A stretch of DNA of 64,000 bases from an uncultured Ferrovum sp. GTDB taxonomy: Bacteria; Pseudomonadota; Gammaproteobacteria; Burkholderiales; Ferrovaceae. The notes below the pieces were generated by a model. It did no database searches. It was not told the origin of the DNA and worked only from the letters and a program-made list of their open reading frames with translations. The position numbers were made by a program, and so were the translations under genes. Position 1 is the stretch's first letter. Each line of letters opens with the position of its first letter. This document shows, piece after piece, positions 31,038 to 39,469 of this stretch. The stretch spans positions 7,609 to 71,608 of the forward strand of contig CAIVUX010000022.1 of NCBI GenBank assembly GCA_903909215.1, given 5' to 3'.

Positions 31038-32020
31038 AATGGAGGTGGTGGCGCGCCTGTGGTTTGGCTGTCCTCGCGCCCTAGAGTAATGCCGTTGCGG
31101 ATGGCAGTGAGCTCTGCCAATATGGATATGGCTATTTCCGGAGGCGTGCGGCTGCCAATGGGTAAGCCTGCAGGACCGTGCAACGCTGCGCGCTGTGCAA
31201 CGCTTAAATCAAATAGAGCCAAACGTTCGCGGCGTGCCACTTGTGTGGCACGCGAACCTATGGCGCCCACATAAAACGCAGGGGATTTTAAGGCTTCTAT
31301 AAGCGCTAAATCATCTTGTTTTAAATCGTGCGTCAATGCCACGATGGCCGTATGGGGGTCGGGATTTAGCGCCAGGATAAAATCATCAGGCATCGCACTG
31401 TCGATAAGAACGTGATGCAAGCGCCACGACTTTTGAAATTCAGGACGCGGATCACAAATAAACACTTGATAATCTAACGCCAAAGCCATTTCAGCCAAAT
31501 AGCCACTGACCTGCCCGGCACCAATCATTAACAGTCGCCAGCGCGGTCCATGAATGGTGCGCAACACTGTGTCGGTACACAGCAGCGCATCAGACCGGTT
31601 GGCGGGCATGACATGCGCCGCACCTGTGGTGAGGTTTAACTCGCGTGCCACCACCAATTGCTCGGAGACGGCTTGCAGTAATTCATCAATGCCGCTTTCG
31701 GCATGCAAGGGCTCTAACACCACTTCCAAGCGGCCGCCACAGGGCAAGCCAAAACGTGCCGCCTCTTCTGCGCTTACGCCGTATGTGCATTTTTCGGGAT
31801 GAGCAATGGGGTGTTGTTGCACGCGTTCCAGTAAATCATCTTCAATACACCCGCCGGAAAGTGAGCCCACCAAGCGGCCATCCGAAGTGAGGGCCAGCAA
31901 CGCCCCAGCGGGGCGCGGCGCCGAACCCCAGGTGCGCACCAAGGTGGCCAACGTAACGACTGCCCCCTCTTGCTGCCAGGCGCTGACGGTTTTGAGCACT
32001 TCAAGATCGACACTATCCAT
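31034..32020 (-). CDS. xdhC: XdhC/CoxI-family molybdoenzyme maturation protein
   Basis: 328 aa. N-terminal XdhC_CoxI region ([35 protein letters not shown]) and a C-terminal Rossmann-like domain (LLMIGAGQVSGYLAEMA). Confidence 0.85.
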   Translation of the reverse strand: MDSVDLEVLKTVSAWQQEGAVVTLATLVRTWGSAPRPAGALLALTSDGRLVGSLSGGCIEDDLLERVQQHPIAHPEKCTYGVSAEEAARFGLPCGGRLEVVLEPLHAESGIDELLQAVSEQLVVARELNLTTGAAHVMPANRSDALLCTDTVLRTIHGPRWRLLMIGAGQVSGYLAEMALALDYQVFICDPRPEFQKSWRLHHVLIDSAMPDDFILALNPDPHTAIVALTHDLKQDDLALIEALKSPAFYVGAIGSRATQVARRERLALFDLSVAQRAALHGPAGLPIGSRTPPEIAISILAELTAIRNGITLGREDSQTTGAPPPPL

Positions 32021-32087
32021 AGGCCGTTATGATAGCGCGTAATACTGATGAGGTTAAAGTTCCTGGTGCAAAAGATAAGGGCAGGTA

Positions 32088-32351
32088 CTAAAAAAAACGG
32101 TGCAACTGCTTATAAATCCACAGCAATAGATAGCTGCTGGTGGCGATTAAACCCAATACGGTAACAAGGGGACGATCTTGCAACTCCATCATCAACGCCC
32201 ACCAAACCTGCCCACTACCCGTATGAGACAAGGCCTCTGGGGTTGAAAAAGCCTCGCGGCCCGATGCATTTAAAGCGGCACGTTCGGTTAGTGCTGCAAA
32301 CAAACATTTGCGTTGAGAAAACGACAGTCCGGGCATAGGCAGGTGTTTCAT
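32088..32351 (-). CDS. Hypothetical small membrane protein translationally coupled to trbL
   Basis: 87 aa with a single C-terminal TM segment (LVTVLGLIATSSYLLLWIY). Its ATG shares one nucleotide with the trbL TAA (TAATG at 32349-32353). I recognise no family. Confidence 0.45.
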   Translation of the reverse strand: MKHLPMPGLSFSQRKCLFAALTERAALNASGREAFSTPEALSHTGSGQVWWALMMELQDRPLVTVLGLIATSSYLLLWIYKQLHRFF

Positions 32352-33364
32352 TATTCATCTCCGTAATGGCGTTCTCTGGCGCTTTGTGCGCGCAACTGTT
32401 TGCCCATCCAATCATTGGCCTTATTCATACCCGATTGAATGCTGCGGCTGGAGGTGGTGGCAAAACCGGTGTCCACACGGGCATGCCCCACTAGGGCTGC
32501 GGCAATCTGTGGCACATGGCCCATCAAATAAGCCATGATGGAGGCCGTAATAATCAGCAACACAGCCAGCGCCATGGAATCTGTGGGACTGGCGTTGGTT
32601 AAGGTGGAGGAATTGGCTGTAATCCATTGTTGCAGCTGAATAAAGACCGGTTTGCTCATGGCCAGAACGGTGACAGAAATAACACGGTAGAAACAAGCGA
32701 TAAACAAAAACCGCACCCAGGACATGAAGAATTCTTTGGTGATATCCCACAGCAGCCATGGAATAAAAAACGGCCCCAAGGCCAAAGCCAAACCCGCCAA
32801 TGCGCTGCCCATCACATGAATGACGGCCAGGATGGCCAAAGCCACAATGAACACGCAAAGCGCCACAAAGAGCAGCAACACCGTCACCATCCAGCCCCCC
32901 AAAGCCCCCCAAAAAGCCCACGACAGTGGCGTGGCGCCACTGATAAAACGATCGGGGCTGCCGGCAATGGAATCCCAAACGGTCACGATGATGTCCATGA
33001 ACACGCTCCACGCACTGGCAAACCCTTGTGTATCACCATTGGAACCTGCAATGGCGGTCACCAATGCCTCGCACCCTTGATAAATACCTTGGTAAAAAAT
33101 AAAGTCGTAAGACTGCATAAACCACGCAACCAAACCGGCTAAAAAGAGAAAACGCAGGAGGCGCGATAGAATTTTTCCGAGACTATCCCCAGCCAAGGAC
33201 TCCAACAGCACATTCACGCCAAACCAAGACAAGGTAAGCAGTAACAGCGATCCGTATAAACTGTTTGAGACATCCGTCAGTTTGGTATTTAATGCGTGGC
33301 CTCCTTCCAAAAAAGCCTGTGCAAACTGATCGATAATGGCAGGTGATAAGGTGACGGTCGTCAA
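32351..33364 (-). CDS. trbL: P-type T4SS inner-membrane protein TrbL/VirB6
   Basis: 337 aa, polytopic (5-6 TM segments), in the canonical position after trbJ. A TTG start lies 3 nt after the trbJ stop. It is shorter than many TrbL proteins because it has no long C-terminal Pro/Gly tail. Confidence 0.75.
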   Translation of the reverse strand: MTTVTLSPAIIDQFAQAFLEGGHALNTKLTDVSNSLYGSLLLLTLSWFGVNVLLESLAGDSLGKILSRLLRFLFLAGLVAWFMQSYDFIFYQGIYQGCEALVTAIAGSNGDTQGFASAWSVFMDIIVTVWDSIAGSPDRFISGATPLSWAFWGALGGWMVTVLLLFVALCVFIVALAILAVIHVMGSALAGLALALGPFFIPWLLWDITKEFFMSWVRFLFIACFYRVISVTVLAMSKPVFIQLQQWITANSSTLTNASPTDSMALAVLLIITASIMAYLMGHVPQIAAALVGHARVDTGFATTSSRSIQSGMNKANDWMGKQLRAQSARERHYGDE

Positions 33365-33367
33365 GGC

Positions 33368-34177
33368 CTATCGCCCTGTACTCATAATGCCCCAACCCAA
33401 AGTAGATTCCTGTCCCTGCAATTGCAGGTGAAGTTGCTGAACCTTAGCCGCATCATCCTGCCGACGCTGCTGAATGATTTCACCAGCCATCTGATTGGCA
33501 CTCGCCTCATCTTGCGCTTTGGCTGTGGTATTGGCCTGAGAACCCGCCATAAGTGCAATCAGTTGCGCATTTTGACCGGCCATTAAATTAAGATGTTGGT
33601 TAACGGTTTGAAAGCTTTGTTGCAATCCACTACTGGCAGGAATTTGCTCTTGCAACAACAGCACGCGCGCATACGCATCATTTACCCCTTGCAATGCAGC
33701 AACCTGCCCCTGGAAAACGGTCTGCAGGCTCTGGCCGCGGTATTGCGCCACTTGCATCTCACGACTCATGTAGTCGCTGGGAGTAACACCCATGGCCGCC
33801 ATTTGGCGAAACTGCGTGTTAAATGTTGATTGCGCACCGTTTTGTTGGATCAGTAGCGTGGTTAATGATTGCGATAACGACTGTGCTGTGCTGAGTTCGC
33901 TGCTATACGAATTTAAAGTCTGGTTGAATGTGGTTTGTGGAAATTTTTGTAGGTTTTGTAATTCGATGATGTATTGCTGAACCTGCAACAGATAGGATTG
34001 CACCATTTGTGCCGTTTGGCGAATAGAGTTGGCAGCCGTTACGGCAGTTTCTGCGTAATTGGCAGGATCAAATACGGTGATACCCATTCCTTCACACGCC
34101 AGCGCGAGCAGAGAGAGGCTTAGCGCGCCCAACAGACGCACAAATAATGCCGGCCGCACGTGATGCAACACATTCAT
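33368..34177 (-). CDS. trbJ: P-type T4SS protein TrbJ/VirB5-like
   Basis: Signal peptide followed by a VFDPANYAETAVTAANSIRQ motif and a long Gln-rich helical region typical of TrbJ. An ATG at 34177 forms an ATGA overlap with the trbE stop; the track starts one TTG codon earlier. Confidence 0.75.
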   Translation of the reverse strand: MNVLHHVRPALFVRLLGALSLSLLALACEGMGITVFDPANYAETAVTAANSIRQTAQMVQSYLLQVQQYIIELQNLQKFPQTTFNQTLNSYSSELSTAQSLSQSLTTLLIQQNGAQSTFNTQFRQMAAMGVTPSDYMSREMQVAQYRGQSLQTVFQGQVAALQGVNDAYARVLLLQEQIPASSGLQQSFQTVNQHLNLMAGQNAQLIALMAGSQANTTAKAQDEASANQMAGEIIQQRRQDDAAKVQQLHLQLQGQESTLGWGIMSTGR

Positions 34178-36663
34178 CAAACACCCCGCCCTATTTCTAA
34201 CAAATACTCACTGGCCCAATCTGGGTGGGTTGAGTGATAATGCCGATCAAACACCGCCTGAGCCTTGGCATCCGAACGCAACCAACCCAGCAACGCTTGC
34301 GGAAAGGCCGCCTCCACCAGTTGGCTGCCGGCCGGGGTTTCGATGTAGTAATGTCGCTTTTCTATGGCACGCTCAATACGGTGAATTTGCGCATCATTCA
34401 AACCAAATTGCTTTCGGTACAGTTCACGATGCACAAAGGCTTGTCGATTGGGTAAAAACACACGGGTGGGGATATTATCGGCAATAGTCGAAAATATTTC
34501 TGAGCTGGATAAATCATCTAAGGATTGCGTAGCCAATACCAATGAACCCAATTTTTTAGGTATGGTTTTTAGCCAATCGCGAATACGTGCTGAAAAGTAC
34601 GGATCGGATAACATAAACCAAGCTTCCTCCACGTAAATCAGGGTAGGAATGCCCGGCCCACTATTAAGCGCCTCGCTCACTCTAAAAAAAGCATATTCCA
34701 AAAACGCTCTGGCCACACGGGTGTCGCGCAGCACCGCCGCCATTTCAATGCATGTAAAAGCAGTTAATGTAAACGTGTCTTCCAATTGATCAAAATAACC
34801 GCCCATGGGGCCACCGGCCAACCAAGGCTCTAGTTCAGCACTCAGGTGGCGGGGCAATAAGCCATGCAGACTTTTAAGTTGATGCAGATGGGGCGATAAG
34901 GCCGCCAATCCCTCAATGGCCTGCCACAGGGCATTGTCATCACCCGCCACCAAATGGTAACCGCGTGCGGTAATTAAGATCTCAATCCATTGTGCCAACC
35001 ATTGATGATGGCGCTCTTGTGCAACCAATAGCAGTGGATTTAGTCGTACCCGCCCATCCGACACATCAATACATCGCCCGCCTTGCAGCAAGGTGGGAAT
35101 GCGGCATGAGCGGTCTTTATCAAAAATGATGGTGCGTACAGGATGGTATTTTTGAAACTGGCTGAGCACAAAATTAACCCATACGGATTTACCGCTGCGC
35201 GAGGGGCCCACCACAAAGGCGTGAGCCAAATCGTGGTGATGCAAATTAAAGTAATAAGGACTACCAGTGGGTGTATTAAATAAAGTGAGCGCTGGAGCAG
35301 GACGACTTGTTTGCTGTGCTAGGTAAACGTTTACTCGTTCACCATTAGTATTAGAACGAATGGGACATAAATCGGACCAGTTGGCGGTATTGATAAAATG
35401 CCAACGCACCAACTCGCCCCACTGACCGGGCAAGGTTCCTGCCCACGCCGAATTAAGATGCAAACGTTCGCGCAACAATAAAAAACCGTGAGTTCGAATG
35501 GAAGAAGCCACTAACCCCAATCCTTCATCGAGCGCATCCAAGGTTTTGGCGTAAACCATGGCCGTGAGGTTATGATACCCAAACACCCGTTGTGAGGACG
35601 CCATCTCTGTTAAGGCATCCCGTGCATCACCTGCAGAAATGGCGCGCCCCGTGTCTTTTACCACGCTCTCTTCCCCGGACAACGCTTCTCGCACAAAACT
35701 GAACAAAGATTTTTGCAAGTTAAGATGAAATCTTTGCACATTCTTGATATAACTCTTGGCCGAGTCCGTATCCACCAAGCGAAACACTTGCGACAATGTT
35801 AATTCAGCGGGTACGGTAAGCACGTCATCTAACATCTGCGGAAATGTCGTGCTGGGCCATCCTTTAATGGCCAATGCGCCACCCAAGCGCAAATGTTCCA
35901 CTCCTTCAAAACGAATATGATCTCCATTGACCACCACCCGATCTTCTCCTAAGGCGGTATCCAAATATCCCTCTGCCGGAATGCATGGCGCCGCCTCACG
36001 CCGCGTGGCGGGACTGGTGACTTCATGCAAAAAACCAATTAAATCCACCCCTTCTAAGCGCACAGGGCCCAAAGACTGTAAGGTGCCAGAAAAATAACCG
36101 AGCAATTCTTCAAATCGTTCTATGCGCCGCAATAAAACTTGCTCATCATGAAGGTAGGCTTCACTGTGAAAAAAATGCCGACTCGTGGTTTTCCATAATC
36201 GGTACAGCACCCCTCCGTCACCGTGCCCCGCAGCCCTCGCCAGCTCACTCCATAATCCATCATGGTGCTTGTCCAGTGAAAATAACACGCTGATGAAATG
36301 ACGATTGTAAAAATGAGGTTCGCCGGCAAGAGACTGTCGATAGAGGGCGTCGATGGTGGCGCTGCCCAGATGTTCAAAAGTGCCTTGTGGGTAATCGTGC
36401 CATTCACGACGCAACACCGTAGACCATAGGGTAAAACGATGGTCAAAATTACGCAGTGCCTGTTCAAATAACACAACACCGTGATCAATAGCCCCACCCT
36501 CTAAACCCTCCACCGCCATACCACGCAACGAAAAGCAGGCCAGCAAACCACCATCTTTATTAAGGATTAGCCCAGGTTTTATATGAATCAGCCACGGCAA
36601 CACTTCAGCCAGACCACGCGAACGGCCATCAAAACCCAAGGCCCGTCGTTTAATATTTAGCAT
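34177..36663 (-). CDS. trbE: T4SS ATPase TrbE/VirB4
   Basis: 828 aa. Walker A GPSRSGKS, a Walker B-like IYVEEAW, and the LATQSLDD motif. Size and position match TrbE. Confidence 0.9.
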   Translation of the reverse strand: MLNIKRRALGFDGRSRGLAEVLPWLIHIKPGLILNKDGGLLACFSLRGMAVEGLEGGAIDHGVVLFEQALRNFDHRFTLWSTVLRREWHDYPQGTFEHLGSATIDALYRQSLAGEPHFYNRHFISVLFSLDKHHDGLWSELARAAGHGDGGVLYRLWKTTSRHFFHSEAYLHDEQVLLRRIERFEELLGYFSGTLQSLGPVRLEGVDLIGFLHEVTSPATRREAAPCIPAEGYLDTALGEDRVVVNGDHIRFEGVEHLRLGGALAIKGWPSTTFPQMLDDVLTVPAELTLSQVFRLVDTDSAKSYIKNVQRFHLNLQKSLFSFVREALSGEESVVKDTGRAISAGDARDALTEMASSQRVFGYHNLTAMVYAKTLDALDEGLGLVASSIRTHGFLLLRERLHLNSAWAGTLPGQWGELVRWHFINTANWSDLCPIRSNTNGERVNVYLAQQTSRPAPALTLFNTPTGSPYYFNLHHHDLAHAFVVGPSRSGKSVWVNFVLSQFQKYHPVRTIIFDKDRSCRIPTLLQGGRCIDVSDGRVRLNPLLLVAQERHHQWLAQWIEILITARGYHLVAGDDNALWQAIEGLAALSPHLHQLKSLHGLLPRHLSAELEPWLAGGPMGGYFDQLEDTFTLTAFTCIEMAAVLRDTRVARAFLEYAFFRVSEALNSGPGIPTLIYVEEAWFMLSDPYFSARIRDWLKTIPKKLGSLVLATQSLDDLSSSEIFSTIADNIPTRVFLPNRQAFVHRELYRKQFGLNDAQIHRIERAIEKRHYYIETPAGSQLVEAAFPQALLGWLRSDAKAQAVFDRHYHSTHPDWASEYLLEIGRGV

Positions 36664-36980
36664 GGTAGTGCACGCCCAAAACCATCAGGACGTGGGTTGC
36701 GTTTTATGCGCACATGCGGCCATGGGTCGTAACTGTCTGCTTGATGGTTGTAACGCACATAAATAAGCCGTGTGAAGGGGTCATCTAAGGTGATGCGGCG
36801 CAAAATGAGATGCGCCAATACGGCGATGGGTACCCAGCCCCAGAGGTGTAAATCGCCCACCAGGGCTATGGCCAAGGTGCCGTTTACGATGGCAAATGGT
36901 TTTTCAACGCCGGCAATGAGCAAGGGCTCTACCAAGGCCAAATGCAATGCGCTGCGACGACGCTGAGATACCGTGCTCAC
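36657..36980 (-). CDS. trbD: T4SS protein TrbD/VirB3
   Basis: About 107 aa with a hydrophobic hairpin (LAIALVGDLHLWGWVPIAVLAHLIL). A GTG at 36980 forms a GTGA overlap with the trbC stop, and the gene overlaps trbE by 7 nt. Confidence 0.75.
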   Translation of the reverse strand: MSTVSQRRRSALHLALVEPLLIAGVEKPFAIVNGTLAIALVGDLHLWGWVPIAVLAHLILRRITLDDPFTRLIYVRYNHQADSYDPWPHVRIKRNPRPDGFGRALPC

Positions 36981-37327
36981 AAACAACCCGGTATGCTAAC
37001 GCCTGGGAACAATGCGGTAATGATACTGGCTACAGAAAGCGCGCAGGAAAGGCCCAACAACCATCCCCCAATGCGCGCCACGATACCCCCTGTTTCAGAA
37101 TACATAAACATAATGCCAATCATGATGGTGGCCACCACGGATAACATGACGGCCACTTGGTCCTTAAGGCTGGCGGCTACGGCACACATGGGGCCTTCCC
37201 AGGGCATTGCGGTGCTGGCCTCAAGCGGGCCTGCTGCGGCACATAGCAAGAACAGCAATAGTGCGCTTGCACCCAGATGCAAATTAATGGCTAAATAAAA
37301 CGTGCGTTTGGTAGTGGCCATCGCCAT
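36977..37327 (-). CDS. trbC: T4SS pilin precursor TrbC/VirB2
   Basis: Signal-like N-terminus plus two hydrophobic helices (VAVMLSVVATIMIGIMFMY / WLLGLSCALSVASIITALF). GGAGGGG lies upstream of the ATG codons at 37327 and 37321, so the exact start is uncertain. The longer track ORF runs back into trbB. Confidence 0.7.
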   Translation of the reverse strand: MAMATTKRTFYLAINLHLGASALLLFLLCAAAGPLEASTAMPWEGPMCAVAASLKDQVAVMLSVVATIMIGIMFMYSETGGIVARIGGWLLGLSCALSVASIITALFPGVSIPGCL

Positions 37328-38300
37328 ACCCCTCCACAGAAATAAGCTTTTCAATTTGGCGCACACCATTGCGTCGTGTAAGGTGCACCACGCCATCAAT
37401 ACAATTGGAAATATGCCGAGCAATAGCCTCTATTGCCAAACCCACGCCGCTTTGCATGACCAGTTGCTCCAGGCGATGCAAGGCGTCTTGCGCACTATTG
37501 GCATGCAAGGTGCCCAAGCAGCCGTCATGACCGGTGTTCATGGCCTGAATTAAATCGAAGGCTTCGCCTCCACGCACTTCACCCACCACAATTCGATCTG
37601 GGCGAAAGCGCAAGGATTGACGCACCAAATCGCGCACCGTCACACCCAATGTTTGGTTGGCCTCAAAGGTCACATAATTGGGAAGATCGATAGTCAATTC
37701 GCGCGGGTCTTCAATCGCAATAATGCGATCACTGCAGGACATGACCTTAATTAAGGCATTTAAAAAAGTGGTTTTCCCTGTACTGGTTCCACCGCTCACC
37801 AAGATATTCTTGCGATACTTAACCCAATCCGTAAGCTGATCCAATGGTTCTGCGCCCACTTGGAACTCTTTGCTCAACAGATTCTGGGCTTCTTGAGCGC
37901 TGGTTGCGGAGGGGGTTTGTGGCAGATAGTCAGACAGTGACCGTAGAGCGCCGGACAACTTGCGAATGCATAGCGCATGGCCTTTTGTGGCAATAGGCGA
38001 GAGCACAGCGGACACCCGCATGCCACTAAAAGCAGCGTCCAATAGCGAAGGGCCATTGTGCCGACCCACATCACGCTGGGCCATGGTGCCTAAAATATGA
38101 ATGGCATTGCGTGCTTCATGACTTGAAAACGCATGTTCGGTTTTATGCAAACACCCTGCGCGCTCTACCCATACATCGTCAGCACCATTAATCATGACCT
38201 CGCGCACCATGGGGTCGTCCAACAACGCCACCAAGGGGTTTAAGGAATCGCGCAACATAAGAGAGAGGTGTTGGTGCATGTCTGGGTTCATGCAAACCAT
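37284..38300 (-). CDS. trbB: T4SS/secretion ATPase TrbB/VirB11
   Basis: 338 aa. Walker A GGTSTGKTTFLNAL, a DRIIAIEDPREL Asp box, a RPDRIVVGEVRG Walker B, and a His box (GHDGCLGTLHAN). The exact start (one of the M codons at 38300-38259) is unclear, and no good SD is present. Confidence 0.88.
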   Translation of the reverse strand: MVCMNPDMHQHLSLMLRDSLNPLVALLDDPMVREVMINGADDVWVERAGCLHKTEHAFSSHEARNAIHILGTMAQRDVGRHNGPSLLDAAFSGMRVSAVLSPIATKGHALCIRKLSGALRSLSDYLPQTPSATSAQEAQNLLSKEFQVGAEPLDQLTDWVKYRKNILVSGGTSTGKTTFLNALIKVMSCSDRIIAIEDPRELTIDLPNYVTFEANQTLGVTVRDLVRQSLRFRPDRIVVGEVRGGEAFDLIQAMNTGHDGCLGTLHANSAQDALHRLEQLVMQSGVGLAIEAIARHISNCIDGVVHLTRRNGVRQIEKLISVEGYGDGHYQTHVLFSH

Positions 38301-38360
38301 GCTAGGGCCAGAGAAGATTTTTAGGCGGTCAAATAACAGAAGATTTTGTTGCTTTTAAAA

Positions 38361-39425
38361 TTAGATGCGTGGTGCTCGCTTGGCATTACACAGCAATTCA
38401 TAGGCCACCGTGCCGGCCCTTTGCGCCACCTGCTCCACGGGAACCTGATCGCCCCACAGTTCTACTGCAGCCCCTAAACCCACGTGTGGCAAGTCGGTTA
38501 AATCCACCATCAGCATATCCATGGACACGCGCCCGATAAGCGGTGCACTATGCCCCATCACCGCTATGGGCGTGCCCTGCACCGCACTGCGCGGATAACC
38601 ATCGGCATAACCACAGGGAACCACCCCCACACGCGTGGTGCGCTGAGCCCGAAAAACCCCACCATAACCCACCGATTCACCCGGGGCGATGGTGCGCACC
38701 GCACTGATGGCAGATTCAAGGGTCATGACGCGCTCCAAGCCACCGCGCGGTGCCACATCCGGTGCGCCAGGATCTATGCCATACAACATCAGCCCCGGAC
38801 GAGCCCAATCACCGCGCACGTCGCTATGGCCCAAAATGGCACCGGAATTACACAGACTGGTGGGTGCTGTAAGGCCTTGGGTGGCGTTTTTAAAACGCTG
38901 CATCGGCATTATGAGGGTCTGTGCATCCGCGCCGTCGGCATTGGCAAAATGCGTCATGAGGGTAATGCTGCTGACATAAGTGCTGGCACGCAACGATTCA
39001 AACGTAGTGCCGCATTCTTCCGGTGCCACACCCAAACGGTGCATACCCGTATCCACCTTCAACCACACATCCAGTTTTTGATTGGATTTTAATCCGGACA
39101 ACCCTTTTACCTGTTCTGCGTGATGAATGACCGGTGTGAGTTGATGCGCCACCACCTCAGCCATTTCGGCTGCGGCAAACACCCCTTCTAGCAGCACAAT
39201 AGGCCCTGTAAGCCCTGCTTGACGCAAATGCAGAGCTTCATCCAATGTGGCCACCGCAAAACCATCAGCAGAAGACTGCAGCGCTTGAGCGCAAGCCACA
39301 TCCCCATGCCCGTAAGCATTGGCCTTAATCACCGCCAAAATACGCCCGCCATGGAGTTGACGCGCCTTGGCGCAATTGCGCACCAAGCGGTCTAGATGAA
39401 TCAGGAATCGAGTAGGACGGGTCAT
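38361..39425 (-). CDS. alr: Alanine racemase
   Basis: PLP-lysine motif AVIKANAYGHG and a C-terminal beta domain. Trimmed to MTRPTRFLIHLD (ATG at 39425). Confidence 0.92.
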   Translation of the reverse strand: MTRPTRFLIHLDRLVRNCAKARQLHGGRILAVIKANAYGHGDVACAQALQSSADGFAVATLDEALHLRQAGLTGPIVLLEGVFAAAEMAEVVAHQLTPVIHHAEQVKGLSGLKSNQKLDVWLKVDTGMHRLGVAPEECGTTFESLRASTYVSSITLMTHFANADGADAQTLIMPMQRFKNATQGLTAPTSLCNSGAILGHSDVRGDWARPGLMLYGIDPGAPDVAPRGGLERVMTLESAISAVRTIAPGESVGYGGVFRAQRTTRVGVVPCGYADGYPRSAVQGTPIAVMGHSAPLIGRVSMDMLMVDLTDLPHVGLGAAVELWGDQVPVEQVAQRAGTVAYELLCNAKRAPRI

Positions 39426-39469
39426 GGGCGCATAATAGCGGCTTTTGACCTGTTGGGACGCAGCTTTTG

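Noticed and set aside
32421-33142. Long overlapping ORFs inside trbL (32421..33011 -, 196 aa; 32627..33142 +, 171 aa). They are rich in His/Gly/Arg.
   Set aside because: They are off-frame and antisense shadows of a GC-rich membrane-protein gene, with low-complexity composition and no start context.
38550-39092. A 180-aa plus-strand ORF antisense to alr. Similar antisense ORFs include 60032..60517, 60213..60641, 29481..29990, 9660..10076 and 18837..19292.
   Set aside because: All lie entirely within strongly supported genes on the other strand. Their composition is typical of antisense frames in GC-rich DNA (Arg/His/Gly-rich).
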